A stretch of 64,000 nucleotides of DNA from an uncultured Bacteroidales bacterium (GCA_947630665.1 CANRID010000009.1:688-64687), one strand, 5' to 3'; counted from the stretch's first letter, positions 23,580 through 34,391 are shown. Notes: generated from the letters alone by a model not told the origin. Numbers and translations are program-made.

Positions 23580-23587
23580 CAAATATA
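23580..23587 (-). promoter_or_regulatory. -7 promoter box (TATATTTG on minus strand) for the beta-barrel gene
   Basis: The plus strand reads CAAATATA. Exact TAnnTTTG on the minus strand, upstream of the ATG at 23552. Confidence 0.45.
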
Positions 23588-23703
23588 GTGATTTATGCAA
23601 TATTCGCGACGGAGGCGTCCAAAAATGTTTTTTCTGAATAAATTTCGTTTCCTGACAGAAAATTATTATTTTTAACTGTTTGTAACGAAGTTAAACTAAG
23701 GTT

Positions 23704-24360
23704 ATGACGTGGGAATTCATTTTGAGATTGTTCGTAGCGGCCATGCTGGGCGCGGTAATCGGCCTGGACCGGGAATACCGGGCCAAGGAGGCGGGGTACA
23801 GGACCCATTTTTTAGTGGCGATGGGGAGTGCGTTGATTATGATCGTTTCCCAATACGGCTTCGAAGATATTCTGACTCACAAGGGAATGGGTCTGGATCC
23901 GGCCCGTATCGCCGCGCAGGTGGTCAGCGGTATCGGTTTTATAGGAGCCGGCACCATTATCCTGCAAAAACAGATGGTACGCGGGCTGACTACGGCGGCC
24001 GGATTGTGGGCTACGGCGGGGATCGGTCTGGCGGTGGGCTCCGGAATGTATGCGATAGGAGTGGCCGCGACCGTACTGACGTTGATCGGATTAGAATTGC
24101 TGAGCCTGTTTTTCGGAGGTCTCGGGGTAAAAACCCTGATGATTGTTTTCACCGTGGAAGACAAGGAGGTGCTCTCTTCCATAATCGGTAAATTGGGAGG
24201 AAAAGGATATCGGGTGGTCAACTATGAGCTGGCCGATGATCCGTCTATCCACGGGTACAAGGTCTCCATGGTGGTGAAATCGCTCCGGAAACGGGATGAA
24301 TATAACCTGTTAGTATTTATGCAGCAGTTCCCGCAGACGGAAGTGAAGAAAATCGAATGA
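23704..24360 (+). CDS. MgtC/SapB family membrane protein
   Basis: FVAAMLGAVIGLDREYRAKEAGYRTHFLVAMGSAL is the typical MgtC N-terminal domain. The C-terminal soluble domain is ACT-like. Confidence 0.88.
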   Translation: MTWEFILRLFVAAMLGAVIGLDREYRAKEAGYRTHFLVAMGSALIMIVSQYGFEDILTHKGMGLDPARIAAQVVSGIGFIGAGTIILQKQMVRGLTTAAGLWATAGIGLAVGSGMYAIGVAATVLTLIGLELLSLFFGGLGVKTLMIVFTVEDKEVLSSIIGKLGGKGYRVVNYELADDPSIHGYKVSMVVKSLRKRDEYNLLVFMQQFPQTEVKKIE

Positions 24361-24364
24361 CCGT

Positions 24365-27300
24365 TTATTTCTTTTCCTGTCCCGACAACTCTGCGAGTTT
24401 TTTCAGCCGCAGTTTTACCAATCCGATAACATCATCGTTGTCAGCCGGCTGGTAGTTTTCCTGTATGCTCTCGAAAGTAGCCTTGGCTTGTTCCCAATTT
24501 TCCCGTTCTGCGTAGGAATCTCCCAGAACGATGAAACTTTTGGCTAACCAGTAGGATTGCGGCGTCCGGGAATCGGAAAAAGCGAATACTTTTTCTTCGA
24601 CCTGCTGGAAATCTCCCGAATCGTAGGCATTCATTACCAATAGATAAACGCTCTCGGCCCCTTCCTTCGTCTTAGGGTCAGCCGCCAGCTCGTCCAAATA
24701 ACGCAGAGCGTTGTCGTGTTCTCCTAAGGCCAAATAGCTTTTCGCTTTGATATACACCGCTTCCCGGCGCAGCGGTTCGTCCGGATTGGAATCCTCCAAC
24801 AGATTGTCCGCTTCCGAAACGGCCCGGGAATATTGGTTGTCTTTGAAATAGGATCGCATTTTCCCTATTTGGGCCTCTACGATATTATTATCTAATTTGG
24901 CGATGCGGGAGAGGGTTTCATACGCTTTGATCGCTTCTTTATAGCGTTCCAGCTGGTAAGACAGCTTGCCGTAGTTCAGCGTGGCTATTTCGGAGAATGC
25001 GCCGTCTCCCGTCTGGATGACTTTATAATAGGTATCCGCCGCCGCTTCGTATTTTCCCTGCTTGTAGTAGCATTCGGCGATATAAAATTCGGCTTGCAAG
25101 GTCTTGGCTCCGTCGGGATATTGTTTTATGAAGGAAGAAAGAGCGTTCAGCGCCGCCGTATAGTTCCCTCCCAAGAATATCTGTTCGGCCGAATTGAACA
25201 GCATGGATTCTTTTTCGCCGGGAGTTTTGACGGTGGACATTCCGATTTTGTCTAAATATGCCAGGAATTCCTGGGGCTTGTTTTGCGCCTGGTAAATGTT
25301 TTCGATTCCGGCCAAGGCACTCTGGGCCTCTTCGCTGACCGGCTTTTGTTCCACGATGGTTTTGTAATAGGCCAAGGCTTTGTCCGGCTTTTGCAGGTTC
25401 GAATTGATCATACCCATTTCCAACAGCGCTTTGTAATAATAAACGCTGTCTTTGGGTTGGTCGATCAGGATGTTCAGCGTCTGTTCGGCTTCTTCGTCCC
25501 GGACATTCTGTACGAGCGATCTCCCCAGTTCGTAAACGGCCTGGGAATACAAAGGCGAATCCCGATGGTCGGGGCCGGCTATTTCCTTAAGCAAAGCGAT
25601 TTTCTTGCGGTCTTCGCCCAACAGCCCGTATGCTATTGCCGCATGCAGGGGCGCGTACAGATTGGCGTAATCGTTTTCTACGGCGATCCGCTCGAACAGC
25701 TCCGCCGCTTTCTCATATTCTTTTTGCATGAAATACGAATCGGCCAGCCGGATTTGAGATTCCATGGCATGGGAACGGTTTCCCGGTCTCAGCTCCAAAT
25801 AAGCCTTGAAGGTATCGGCGGCCTTTTCGAAATCCCCCATCTTAAAATAATTATAGGCCGTATTGTAGATCGATAACGGATATTCCGCACTTTGGCGGAA
25901 AACTCCGTTTTTCTGCAGGGCCGCCAGTATCTCGTTGGATCGGGCGAACTGGTTCCCCCGGTAATAACATTCCGCCAACCAGAAATTCGCCAGGTTCTCC
26001 AAGGAAAGATTGTAGGCACCGTTTTCGACCGATTCCTGGAAATAAGGGACGGCATTGGTGTAGGAACCTCTCTCTACTAACTGCATTCCCCTGAAGAAAG
26101 AAGCCTTTTGCAGATTCAGGGTGGTGGCCGGAGTGACTTTGCGGATTTGCCTCAGGGCGGCGATCGCCTGCTGATAATCTTTGTTCAATAGGAATGCCGT
26201 TGCCATATAGCTTTGAATCTCATCCCATTTGGCATCCGCTTCGGGGTACGTCCGGAGATATTCGGTAAAAGGGGCTATGTCGCGGGTCAGGTCGAAGGTG
26301 AGTTTGGCGTAATTGAAATATGCATCTTCCCGGATGGTCCGGTCGAAATCGCTTTCGGCCGCCATCTTGAACGCTTCCCGGGCGGCATGCTTGTTCTTGA
26401 GCTGAATATAGCTTTGTCCCATGTGGTAGCAGGCGCTTTGCCCCAGCGAGTCCGTTGTAGAAGCTACTTTTTCGAATGCTTCTATTGCAGCTCCGTAAGC
26501 GTTCAGGGTATAGGAAATCATGCCTGCATAAAAATGGTCCGATCTGGACAGGTCGGTTCCCGACAGGGAATAAAGCTCGAAATAATATCGGGCTTTATCG
26601 GGCCGGTTGGTGGCGTAACAGGCTTCTGAAAGGATCCGGGCCGCTTTGGGCTTATATTCTTCATTCAGCTGCTTGTAAAGGTCTTCTCCGTTTTCCAGTA
26701 CATAATCGTAGTCTTTCAACATGAATTTGCTCTCGAGAATGTGATACCGGGAAAGGACGGAAAAGCGGGAATCGGTACCCGATTTCCGGAAAAAGGGAAT
26801 CGCGTGTTCGAAATCTTTGTTTATATAACGGATATAGCCTAAATAATAATTCGCCGGCCCGTTGTATGCGGGGCTTCCCGCATCCAGCACTTTCTCAAAA
26901 GTGAGCGCCGCCCCGTCATTGTCGCCTGTACGCATTTGGCAGTACGCTTTGCGGAAGCAGTATTCGGCCCGGAGGCCTTTCGGCAAGGATTTTATGTCTA
27001 TCTTCTCCAACAAGGCTATCGATTGGGCGTAATCTCCGCGGTCGAAATATAATACGGCCTGCTGGAATTCGATCGAAGGGAGCAGGGGGGAATAAGGATA
27101 TTTATAGGCATAATCGGTTATGGCGCCTTCGATATCGGCTTGTTTCATCTGAATTTCGCATAGGAGGATATATCCGTTTATCAGGGCGCGGTCCGGGAGA
27201 TGTTCTTTCCCCGGGGTTCCCTCCCCGTCTAACATGCGGACGAATTCTTCTTTGGCACTGGCGTAAAATTTATTTTCGTACAGCTCCAGCGCCTTTTTCA

Positions 27301-27448
27301 TGGTTCCGTGCATGCGCGAGATGTCGCCGTCGGGAACCGTATTCGCATTTTGCCCCCGCAGTGTCCGGGAGGTTAATCCCGACAGAATGAGGAAAATGAG
27401 CAGGATTTTAAAAAGGAAATGGAAACGATGGCCGTATGCTGTCTTCAT
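24365..27448 (-). CDS. large tetratricopeptide-repeat (TPR) protein, secreted, function unknown
   Basis: ~1027 aa, with a signal-like N-terminus (MKTAYGHRFHFLFKILLIFLILSGL) and then TPR-like A/Y/L-patterned repeats throughout. The ATG at 27448 is preferred because a -7 box (27478-27485) lies inside the longer track ORF. Confidence 0.8.
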   Translation of the reverse strand: MKTAYGHRFHFLFKILLIFLILSGLTSRTLRGQNANTVPDGDISRMHGTMKKALELYENKFYASAKEEFVRMLDGEGTPGKEHLPDRALINGYILLCEIQMKQADIEGAITDYAYKYPYSPLLPSIEFQQAVLYFDRGDYAQSIALLEKIDIKSLPKGLRAEYCFRKAYCQMRTGDNDGAALTFEKVLDAGSPAYNGPANYYLGYIRYINKDFEHAIPFFRKSGTDSRFSVLSRYHILESKFMLKDYDYVLENGEDLYKQLNEEYKPKAARILSEACYATNRPDKARYYFELYSLSGTDLSRSDHFYAGMISYTLNAYGAAIEAFEKVASTTDSLGQSACYHMGQSYIQLKNKHAAREAFKMAAESDFDRTIREDAYFNYAKLTFDLTRDIAPFTEYLRTYPEADAKWDEIQSYMATAFLLNKDYQQAIAALRQIRKVTPATTLNLQKASFFRGMQLVERGSYTNAVPYFQESVENGAYNLSLENLANFWLAECYYRGNQFARSNEILAALQKNGVFRQSAEYPLSIYNTAYNYFKMGDFEKAADTFKAYLELRPGNRSHAMESQIRLADSYFMQKEYEKAAELFERIAVENDYANLYAPLHAAIAYGLLGEDRKKIALLKEIAGPDHRDSPLYSQAVYELGRSLVQNVRDEEAEQTLNILIDQPKDSVYYYKALLEMGMINSNLQKPDKALAYYKTIVEQKPVSEEAQSALAGIENIYQAQNKPQEFLAYLDKIGMSTVKTPGEKESMLFNSAEQIFLGGNYTAALNALSSFIKQYPDGAKTLQAEFYIAECYYKQGKYEAAADTYYKVIQTGDGAFSEIATLNYGKLSYQLERYKEAIKAYETLSRIAKLDNNIVEAQIGKMRSYFKDNQYSRAVSEADNLLEDSNPDEPLRREAVYIKAKSYLALGEHDNALRYLDELAADPKTKEGAESVYLLVMNAYDSGDFQQVEEKVFAFSDSRTPQSYWLAKSFIVLGDSYAERENWEQAKATFESIQENYQPADNDDVIGLVKLRLKKLAELSGQEKK

Positions 27449-27477
27449 AAAAATGTTTTTTCGGAATAAAGATTCAA

Positions 27478-27485
27478 CAAAAGTA
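27478..27485 (-). promoter_or_regulatory. -7 promoter box (TACTTTTG on minus strand) for the TPR gene
   Basis: The plus strand reads CAAAAGTA, 30 nt upstream of the ATG at 27448. Confidence 0.45.
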
Positions 27486-27562
27486 TAAATAAAACCTAAA
27501 TTTTGTACATTTGCCAAATGTAAAATCATTGATTAAACAGTTTCTAATTTGCTTGCCAGAGT

Positions 27563-28345
27563 ATGTCCCGACAAGAAAAAGATACGGTCGGCGGCGTAAG
27601 GCCGGAAGAGGAATCCGCCGTGAGAAATGCCCCGCCTTTGATAGAGCTGAAAGAAGCGGATATTTGCAATGAAGAGAATCTGGTTCTTTCGAATGTGAAT
27701 TTATCGGTTTCCCGAGGGGAATTCGTATATCTTGTCGGGAAAGTGGGCAGCGGGAAAAGCTCCATTATCAAGACGCTGATTGCCGAGTTGCCTGTAAAGA
27801 GGGGATATGCGCGGGTGCAAGAGTATAATCTGTCGAAAATCAAGAAGAAACAGATTCCTTATTTGCGCAGGAAGATAGGAGTGGTATTCCAGGATTTCCA
27901 GTTGCTGATGGACCGGAGCGTGGAGGACAATCTGCTTTTCGTGCTGCAATCCACCGGATGGAAAAACAAAAAGGAGATGATCGCCCGCAGCGCCCAGGTG
28001 CTGTCTTTGGTAGGAATGGGTACCAAGGCGCATAAAATGCCGCATCAGCTGTCGGGAGGCGAACAGCAGCGGGTAGCCATTGCCCGGGCTTTGCTGAACA
28101 ATCCTCCCATTATTCTGGCCGACGAACCGACCGGGAATCTGGATGCGGATACCGCCGGAGAAATCATGGACCTGCTTATGAAAATCCATGAGGAGCAACA
28201 TCCGGCCGTGTTGATGGTTACCCATAACCGCCAGCTTTTTGCAAAGTATCCGGGCCGCGTGATGATATGCGAAAAGGGTGAATGCAAGGAGTTGAAAGGA
28301 CCCGAGGAAATCCCGATAGATTTCGACGAACTGATCGCCGGTTAA
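27563..28345 (+). CDS. ftsE: cell-division ABC ATPase FtsE-like
   Basis: Walker [10 protein letters not shown], signature [15 protein letters not shown], Walker [12 protein letters not shown]. No adjacent ftsX. Confidence 0.8.
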   Translation: MSRQEKDTVGGVRPEEESAVRNAPPLIELKEADICNEENLVLSNVNLSVSRGEFVYLVGKVGSGKSSIIKTLIAELPVKRGYARVQEYNLSKIKKKQIPYLRRKIGVVFQDFQLLMDRSVEDNLLFVLQSTGWKNKKEMIARSAQVLSLVGMGTKAHKMPHQLSGGEQQRVAIARALLNNPPIILADEPTGNLDADTAGEIMDLLMKIHEEQHPAVLMVTHNRQLFAKYPGRVMICEKGECKELKGPEEIPIDFDELIAG

Positions 28346-28389
28346 AACTGGATAAAGCCGGATAAATACCGGATAACGACATAACCCGT

Positions 28390-29067
28390 ATGACTGAAAA
28401 AGAAACGAAAGTCCTTGAAAAAAATCCGGAGAAATCTCTCCGTTATGAAAATATATTGCGCTGGTTCCGGGAGAACGTGCCTGTGGCCAAAAGCGAACTG
28501 CATTACGATAATCCTTTTGAACTGATTATCGCGGTTATCCTTTCCGCCCAATGCACGGATAAGCGGGTGAATATGGTGACGCCTCCCTTGTATAAAAGAT
28601 TTCCCACGCCCGAGTCGTTGGCCGCCGCTTCATTCGAAGAAGTATATGGCTATATCAAATCCGTTTCGTATCCCAATAATAAAACGCGGCATTTGCTGGG
28701 AATGGCCAAAATGTTGGTGGAAAATTACGGCGCGATCGTTCCCGATACCGTGGAGGAATTGCAGAAACTTCCCGGCGTGGGCCGCAAGACGGCGAATGTA
28801 GTAGCCTCGATCATTTACAAGGCCCCGGTTATCGCCGTGGATACGCACGTGTTCCGGGTAGCCAACCGGACGGGCCTCTCGTGCGGGAAAAATCCGTTGG
28901 AAGTGGAAAAGGAGCTGACGGAAAATATTCCTGCCGAGGAGCGGGCCATCGCCCACCATTGGCTGATTCTTCACGGACGGTATGTCTGCACGGCGCGTAA
29001 ACCCAAATGCGACGAATGCGGCATCTGGAGATGGTGCGCTTCCTCCCAGCGGACACCTTTGGAGTGA
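28390..29067 (+). CDS. nth: endonuclease III
   Basis: HhH-GPD (LPGVGRKTANVV) and a C-terminal 4Fe-4S cluster, CTARKPKCDECGIWRWC. Confidence 0.93.
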   Translation: MTEKETKVLEKNPEKSLRYENILRWFRENVPVAKSELHYDNPFELIIAVILSAQCTDKRVNMVTPPLYKRFPTPESLAAASFEEVYGYIKSVSYPNNKTRHLLGMAKMLVENYGAIVPDTVEELQKLPGVGRKTANVVASIIYKAPVIAVDTHVFRVANRTGLSCGKNPLEVEKELTENIPAEERAIAHHWLILHGRYVCTARKPKCDECGIWRWCASSQRTPLE

Positions 29068-29092
29068 GTATGGTTACAGGAGCGGTTATAAT

Positions 29093-30151
29093 ATGAAGAC
29101 GGCGGATATATGGAGTACGACTTTGGCGGAGTTTTGTTCATACCTCCGGTTGGAACGCTCTCTTTCTGCCAATACGGTCGCCTCGTACGCCTCGGATGTT
29201 AGGGAATTCTTTTCTTTTGTCCGGCAGCAGGAATCTCTCTCCGATGGGCTGCCGGAGAAAACTGCCGGGGATGATGCTCCCGGAGCGGACAGGCCGGACC
29301 GGGTTCCGGATTCACCTGCGGAAATTACGGAATCGCATATCGATGCCTTTTTGCAGGCGGCTTTTTCGGAAGGCATTTCCAAAAGGAGCCAGGCGCGGCG
29401 GCTCAGCTCGCTCAAGGCGTTTTACAAGTTCCTGGAATTCGAGGGGGAAACCCAAAGAAATCCGTGCGACAGGATAGATGCGCCTAAAATCAAGCCTTAC
29501 CTGCCGGTGGTGTTGACCGTAGAGGAAATAGAGAGGATTCTGGATTCGGTGGATTTGAGCGTTCCGGAAGGGCATCGTAACAGGGCGATTCTGGAAATGT
29601 TGTATTCCTGCGGCTTGCGGGTGAGCGAGTTGGTGAACCTGCGGCTGTCCGATCTTTTCTTGGAGGATTCCTTTATCCGGGTAATCGGAAAGGGGAACAA
29701 ACAGCGGTTGGTGCCGGTGGGGGAACCGGCTGCCGAGGCGGTGAAGAATTACCTGCCCGACCGCTGGGAGGCTTTCCAGGCCGGTGAAAGAAGAAAAGCG
29801 GCCTGCGGAAAATCGGGAGGAAAAATGAAAAGCGGGAAACCGGGGAAAAGCGGCGGGACTCCCGACAGCGATATCCTGTTTCTGAACCGGCGGGGAAAAA
29901 AAATGACCCGGGAAATGATTTTTCTGATTGTGAAAAAACAGGCGGCCGCGGCAGGCATTGCCAAAGATATTTCCCCCCATACTTTCCGCCACTCATTCGC
30001 TACCCATTTAGTGGAAAACGGAGCCGATCTGAGAGTGGTGCAGGATATGCTGGGGCATGAAAGTATCCTTACCACCGAAATATATACGCATGTCGATTCC
30101 CGTCGGTGGCAAAAAACCATTTTAGAGCATCATCCGCAGCGGAAAAAATAG
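29093..30151 (+). CDS. xerD: site-specific tyrosine recombinase XerD-like, with two low-complexity insertions
   Basis: N-terminal SAM-like domain (LRLERSLSANTVASYASDVREF), catalytic residues RAILEMLYSCGLRVSEL, HTFRHSFATHLVENGADLRVVQDMLGHESILTTEIYTHV. The ATG at 29093 is preferred over the upstream start that overlaps nth. Confidence 0.88.
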   Translation: MKTADIWSTTLAEFCSYLRLERSLSANTVASYASDVREFFSFVRQQESLSDGLPEKTAGDDAPGADRPDRVPDSPAEITESHIDAFLQAAFSEGISKRSQARRLSSLKAFYKFLEFEGETQRNPCDRIDAPKIKPYLPVVLTVEEIERILDSVDLSVPEGHRNRAILEMLYSCGLRVSELVNLRLSDLFLEDSFIRVIGKGNKQRLVPVGEPAAEAVKNYLPDRWEAFQAGERRKAACGKSGGKMKSGKPGKSGGTPDSDILFLNRRGKKMTREMIFLIVKKQAAAAGIAKDISPHTFRHSFATHLVENGADLRVVQDMLGHESILTTEIYTHVDSRRWQKTILEHHPQRKK

Positions 30152-30166
30152 ATTTTATCCGGTGCG

Positions 30167-31765
30167 TTACTCCCATTCGATAGTGGCGGGCGGTTTGGAG
30201 GAAATGTCATAGACCACGCGGTTGACTCCTTTGACCTTGTTGATGATCTCGTTGGAGATATCCGCCAGAAATTCGTACGGCAGATGCACCCAGTCGGCGG
30301 TCATGCCGTCGTTGGAAGTCACGGCCCGCAGGGCGATGGTATATTCGTAAGTCCGTTCATCTCCCATGACCCCTACGCTCTTGATCGGGAGCAGGATCGT
30401 CCCGGCCTGCCATACGGCATCGTACAGGGCGATTTTGTCATCGGCCGCCCTCTCGCTTGAATAGGAAAGCCCGTTGGAAGCGGGCGGGAGAGAGGTCATG
30501 TAATGGCGCAATCCTTCGATATAGATCGCATCCGCTTCTTTGAGAATGTCCAATTTCTCGCGGGTCACTTCCCCGAGGATACGGATGCCTAATCCGGGAC
30601 CCGGAAACGGATGACGGGAAATAAGTTCTTTTTTGATTCCTAAGGCCCGTCCGACTCTGCGGACCTCGTCTTTAAACAGGGCGCGGAGCGGTTCCACTAT
30701 TTTCAGCTTCATGTCTTTCGGCAGGCCGCCTACATTATGGTGGGACTTGATGGTGGCCGACGGCCCGTTTACCGAGCAGGATTCGATAACATCCGGATAA
30801 ATGGTGCCTTGCGCCAGCCACTGGGCATCCGTAATCTTATGGGCCTCCCGGTCGAAGGTCTCTATGAATACCCTCCCGATGGCTTTCCTCTTTTTTTCCG
30901 GGTCCGATATGCCCGAGAGGGCTTTGAGGAAATCTTCGGATGCATCTACTCCTATAACGTTCAACCCCATATCCTTATAGGATGAAAGCACGTCGTGGAA
31001 TTCGTTTTTGCGGAGCAGTCCGTTATCTACGAAGATACAATACAGGTTTTTCCCGACGGCCCGGTTGAGCAACATCGCCGCTACCGTAGAATCTACCCCT
31101 CCGCTGAGTCCGAGAATTACCTTGTCGTTTCCTAATTTGGCTCTCAGCTCGCTTACCGCGGTTTCGATGAAAGAATCCGCCGTCCAGTCTCCCCGGCATC
31201 CGCAAATATCGTAAACGAAATTTCTAAGCATATCTCCGCCTCTTTCGGAATGGAATACTTCCGGATGATATTGGAGGGCGTAGGTAGGTTCTCCTTCTAT
31301 TTTATATGCAGCGTACCGTACATCCTCGGTGGAGGCGATCAGTCTGGCGCCTTCCGGCAGCCGGTCGATGGAGTCGCCGTGGGACATCCATACCTGAGAA
31401 ACGGTGGGGATGCCTTTGAACAGCGGGCAGTCCGTGTCTTCCACGGTAAGTTTGGCCCGCCCGTATTCTCTGGTGGAGGAAGCGTTGACCCGTCCTCCGT
31501 AACGGTGGGCGATATATTGGGCTCCGTAACAAACTGCCAGAAGCGGGAGCTTCCCCTTGATTTGCGACAGATCGGCCTGGGGCGCTTGGGGATCGCGTAC
31601 TGAATAAGGGCTTCCCGACAGGATGACTCCTTTAACGCTCTGATCCGGCAGCGGAATCTTGTTGAAAGGATGGATTTCGCAATATACATTCAGTTCCCGG
31701 AGTCTGCGCCCGATAATTTGGGTAAATTGGGATCCGAAGTCCAGGATAATGATTTTTTCTGTCAT
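30167..31765 (-). CDS. guaA: glutamine-hydrolysing GMP synthase
   Basis: GATase domain (LAVCYGAQ), the ATP-PPase SGGVDS motif, and the C-terminal ...[10 protein letters not shown] signature. Confidence 0.96.
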   Translation of the reverse strand: MTEKIIILDFGSQFTQIIGRRLRELNVYCEIHPFNKIPLPDQSVKGVILSGSPYSVRDPQAPQADLSQIKGKLPLLAVCYGAQYIAHRYGGRVNASSTREYGRAKLTVEDTDCPLFKGIPTVSQVWMSHGDSIDRLPEGARLIASTEDVRYAAYKIEGEPTYALQYHPEVFHSERGGDMLRNFVYDICGCRGDWTADSFIETAVSELRAKLGNDKVILGLSGGVDSTVAAMLLNRAVGKNLYCIFVDNGLLRKNEFHDVLSSYKDMGLNVIGVDASEDFLKALSGISDPEKKRKAIGRVFIETFDREAHKITDAQWLAQGTIYPDVIESCSVNGPSATIKSHHNVGGLPKDMKLKIVEPLRALFKDEVRRVGRALGIKKELISRHPFPGPGLGIRILGEVTREKLDILKEADAIYIEGLRHYMTSLPPASNGLSYSSERAADDKIALYDAVWQAGTILLPIKSVGVMGDERTYEYTIALRAVTSNDGMTADWVHLPYEFLADISNEIINKVKGVNRVVYDISSKPPATIEWE

Positions 31766-31809
31766 AGTTCGTTACGAAAAGGTTTGCTTGAATTGTTATT
31801 ATGATTCTG

Positions 31810-31817
31810 CAAAAGTA
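31810..31817 (-). promoter_or_regulatory. -7 promoter box (TACTTTTG on minus strand) for guaA
   Basis: The plus strand reads CAAAAGTA, about 45 nt upstream of the guaA ATG at 31765. Confidence 0.45.
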
Positions 31818-31959
31818 AGTATTTTTTGAGAATTGCGTGGCATTTATTATAAATCGGTTGTTTGCCGCTCCCATTGGGGATACGGCGTCCGGCGGAAGAA
31901 TTTTTCCGTCGGGACAGAAAAAATTGCATGAAAGTTTTATAAAAACAGCAATTATTCTC

Positions 31960-31967
31960 TACTTTTG
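31960..31967 (+). promoter_or_regulatory. -7 promoter box (TACTTTTG) for typA
   Basis: Exact TAnnTTTG match, ending 10 nt before the ATG at 31978. Confidence 0.5.
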
Positions 31968-31977
31968 TGCCCGAATT

Positions 31978-33774
31978 ATGCGAAAGATAAGAAATATAGC
32001 GATTATTGCTCACGTGGACCACGGGAAAACCACCTTGGTCGACAGGATGATCCTCCAGGCGCAACTGACAAGGAATGCGGAGAAAATGGGTGAGCTGATT
32101 CTGGATAACAACGATCTGGAAAGAGAAAGGGGCATTACGATTTTGGCCAAGAACGTAAGCGTTCCCTATAAAGGTTATAAAATCAATATTATCGATACTC
32201 CGGGCCATGCGGACTTCGGAGGCGAGGTGGAAAGGGTGCTGAATATGGCCGACGGCGTGCTGCTTTTGGTAGATGCTTTCGAAGGGACCATGCCCCAGAC
32301 CCGTTTCGTGTTGCAAAAGGCGATCGAAATGGGAAAGAAGCCGGTGGTGGTGATTAATAAAGTGGATAAACAGAATTGTCGTCCCGACGAAGTGAACGAG
32401 CAGGTTTTCGATCTGATGTTCAGTCTGAATGCGACCGAAGAACAATTGGATTTCAAGACCGTATATGGGAGTGCGAAACAGGGATGGATGTCTGCGGACT
32501 GGCGCAAGCCGACTACCGATATTACGGCATTGATGGATATGATTCTGGAGGAAATTCCGGAACCGCAGCACGAGGCGGGAACGGTGCAGATGCTGATTTC
32601 CTCGTTGGAATATTCTCCGTATGTGGGGCGGATCGCTGTCGGGAGAGTGAAAAGAGGGGTGCTGAAAGCGGGCCAGCCGGTCAGTCTTTGCAAGAGGGAC
32701 GGTTCCGTGGAAAAATCCCGCATTAAGGAGCTTATGGTTTTTGACGGATTGGGCAAGACCAAAGTGGAAACGGTGGAGAGCGGGGATATCTGCGCGGTAG
32801 TGGGAATCGAGGGATTCGAAATAGGGGATACGATCGCCGATTATGAAAATCCCGAGGCCCTTCCTCCGATTTCCGTGGATGAGCCTACGATGAGCATGTT
32901 GTTTTGTATAAACGATTCTCCTTTTTTCGGCAGGGACGGCAAGTTCGTAACCTCCCGTCATCTGAAAGAGAGGTTGGATAAGGAGCTGGAAAAAAATCTG
33001 GCGCTCCGGGTGAAGGAGGGACTTTCGTCCGATTCGTTTATCGTATATGGACGCGGGGTGCTGCATTTGTCGGTGTTGATTGAGACGATGAGAAGGGAAG
33101 GATTCGAGCTGCAGGTGGGGCAGCCTAAGGTGATCGACAAGAATATAAACGGGGTGCGTTGCGAACCCGTCGAGCATCTTACCATCGATGTACCCGAAGA
33201 TATGGTGGGGAAAGCGATAGAGCTGACTACCCGCCGCAAAGGGATGTTGCTGCACATGGACCATCGGGAAGACAGGGTGCATCTGGATTTCGACATTCCG
33301 GCACGCGGCATCATAGGTTTGAGAAGCAATCTGCTGACGGCTACCCAGGGAGAGGCGATCATGGCTCACCGTTTCAAGGGGTACGAGCCTTATAAGGGGG
33401 AAATCGAAAAACGTACCAACGGTTCCTTGGTGGCCATAGAGACCGGCATAGCGGTGGCTTATGCGATGGATAAATTGCAGGACCGGGGGAAATTCCTCAT
33501 TTTTCCGGGCGAGGAAATCTACGCCGGTCAGGTGGTGGGAGAGCATACCCGTATGGACGATCTGAATGTGAATATCTGCAAGACCAAGAAACTGACCAAT
33601 ATCCGGGCTGCGGGGACGGACGATAAAGTGGTGCTTCCTCCGCCTTTGCAGTTCAGCCTGGAGGAGATGCTGGAATATATCCAGGAGGACGAGTTGGTGG
33701 AAGTGACTCCCAAGGCTTTAAGAATCAGGAAGATTTATTTGGATGAAAATGAGAGGAAAAGGCGAAGGGGCTAA
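31978..33774 (+). CDS. typA: translational GTPase TypA/BipA
   Basis: MRKIRNIAIIAHVDHGKTTLVD, DTPGHADFGGEV, NKVD; BipA-type C-terminal domain. The upstream part of the track ORF (from 31837) contains the promoter. Confidence 0.95.
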   Translation: MRKIRNIAIIAHVDHGKTTLVDRMILQAQLTRNAEKMGELILDNNDLERERGITILAKNVSVPYKGYKINIIDTPGHADFGGEVERVLNMADGVLLLVDAFEGTMPQTRFVLQKAIEMGKKPVVVINKVDKQNCRPDEVNEQVFDLMFSLNATEEQLDFKTVYGSAKQGWMSADWRKPTTDITALMDMILEEIPEPQHEAGTVQMLISSLEYSPYVGRIAVGRVKRGVLKAGQPVSLCKRDGSVEKSRIKELMVFDGLGKTKVETVESGDICAVVGIEGFEIGDTIADYENPEALPPISVDEPTMSMLFCINDSPFFGRDGKFVTSRHLKERLDKELEKNLALRVKEGLSSDSFIVYGRGVLHLSVLIETMRREGFELQVGQPKVIDKNINGVRCEPVEHLTIDVPEDMVGKAIELTTRRKGMLLHMDHREDRVHLDFDIPARGIIGLRSNLLTATQGEAIMAHRFKGYEPYKGEIEKRTNGSLVAIETGIAVAYAMDKLQDRGKFLIFPGEEIYAGQVVGEHTRMDDLNVNICKTKKLTNIRAAGTDDKVVLPPPLQFSLEEMLEYIQEDELVEVTPKALRIRKIYLDENERKRRRG

Positions 33775-33802
33775 TCTTCTTTTGCAGAAATAAAATAATT
33801 GC

Positions 33803-33810
33803 TATCTTTG
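33803..33810 (+). promoter_or_regulatory. -7 promoter box (TATCTTTG) for the yceD-rpmF-plsX-fabH cluster
   Basis: Exact TAnnTTTG match. It lies inside the longest track ORF, so the CDS start must be downstream. Confidence 0.5.
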
Positions 33811-33819
33811 CGAGCTATA

Positions 33820-34356
33820 ATGTTGCGTCGGATGGCGGTAAGTAAGGATTTTAAAATTCAAATAAAAGGATTGGCTGTCGGGAACCATGTATATGATTTT
33901 CCGGTTGACGGTGCTTTTTTTAAGGAATTCGAGAATACCCAAATTTTGGACGCGCATTTAGTTGTGCATGTGGAACTGGAAAAAGGAAGCGGATTCATCC
34001 ATGTGAATTGCGGCGTATCGGGTACCGTGGAGACGGAATGCGACCGGTGTTTAGACAGATTGGAGATCCCGATGGATTTTACCGCTTCGCTGGCTGTAAA
34101 GTTCGCTAAAACGGACGATGATCCGCAGAGCGATGAATTGCTGATTCTGGATCCGACAGACGGAGAATTGGATCTGAGCCAGTTCGTGTACGATTATATC
34201 TGCATCAATCTGCCTTTGCAGAAAGTGCATGCTCCGGGAAAGTGCGATCCCGGAATGATAGAGAAGCTCAGACAGGCCGAAGGCGGCAAGGCGGAAGAGA
34301 GCCGGGAGGAAAATTCCCCGTTTGCCGGACTGAAAGACTTGCTGAAGGAGAATTGA
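33820..34356 (+). CDS. YceD/DUF177 family protein
   Basis: Conserved position immediately upstream of rpmF. Has the CDRC...C...C motif and an acidic C-terminus. Start at ATG 33820 or 33832. Confidence 0.8.
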   Translation: MLRRMAVSKDFKIQIKGLAVGNHVYDFPVDGAFFKEFENTQILDAHLVVHVELEKGSGFIHVNCGVSGTVETECDRCLDRLEIPMDFTASLAVKFAKTDDDPQSDELLILDPTDGELDLSQFVYDYICINLPLQKVHAPGKCDPGMIEKLRQAEGGKAEESREENSPFAGLKDLLKEN

Positions 34357-34391
34357 TTTAAGAGAATATAAAACAATTAAAATATTTTAAG

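Noticed and set aside
29787-29870. The repeated GAAAAGCGG units in xerD, considered as a possible mini-CRISPR or other spaced-repeat array.
   Set aside because: The units are 9 nt long, irregularly spaced, and lie in frame inside a coding sequence. This is a coding microsatellite-like expansion, not an array.
31762-33546. 594-aa ORF on the minus strand opposite typA.
   Set aside because: It is antisense to a canonical TypA/BipA GTPase. The product is His/Arg/Leu/Phe-rich without motifs, so it is a shadow ORF.
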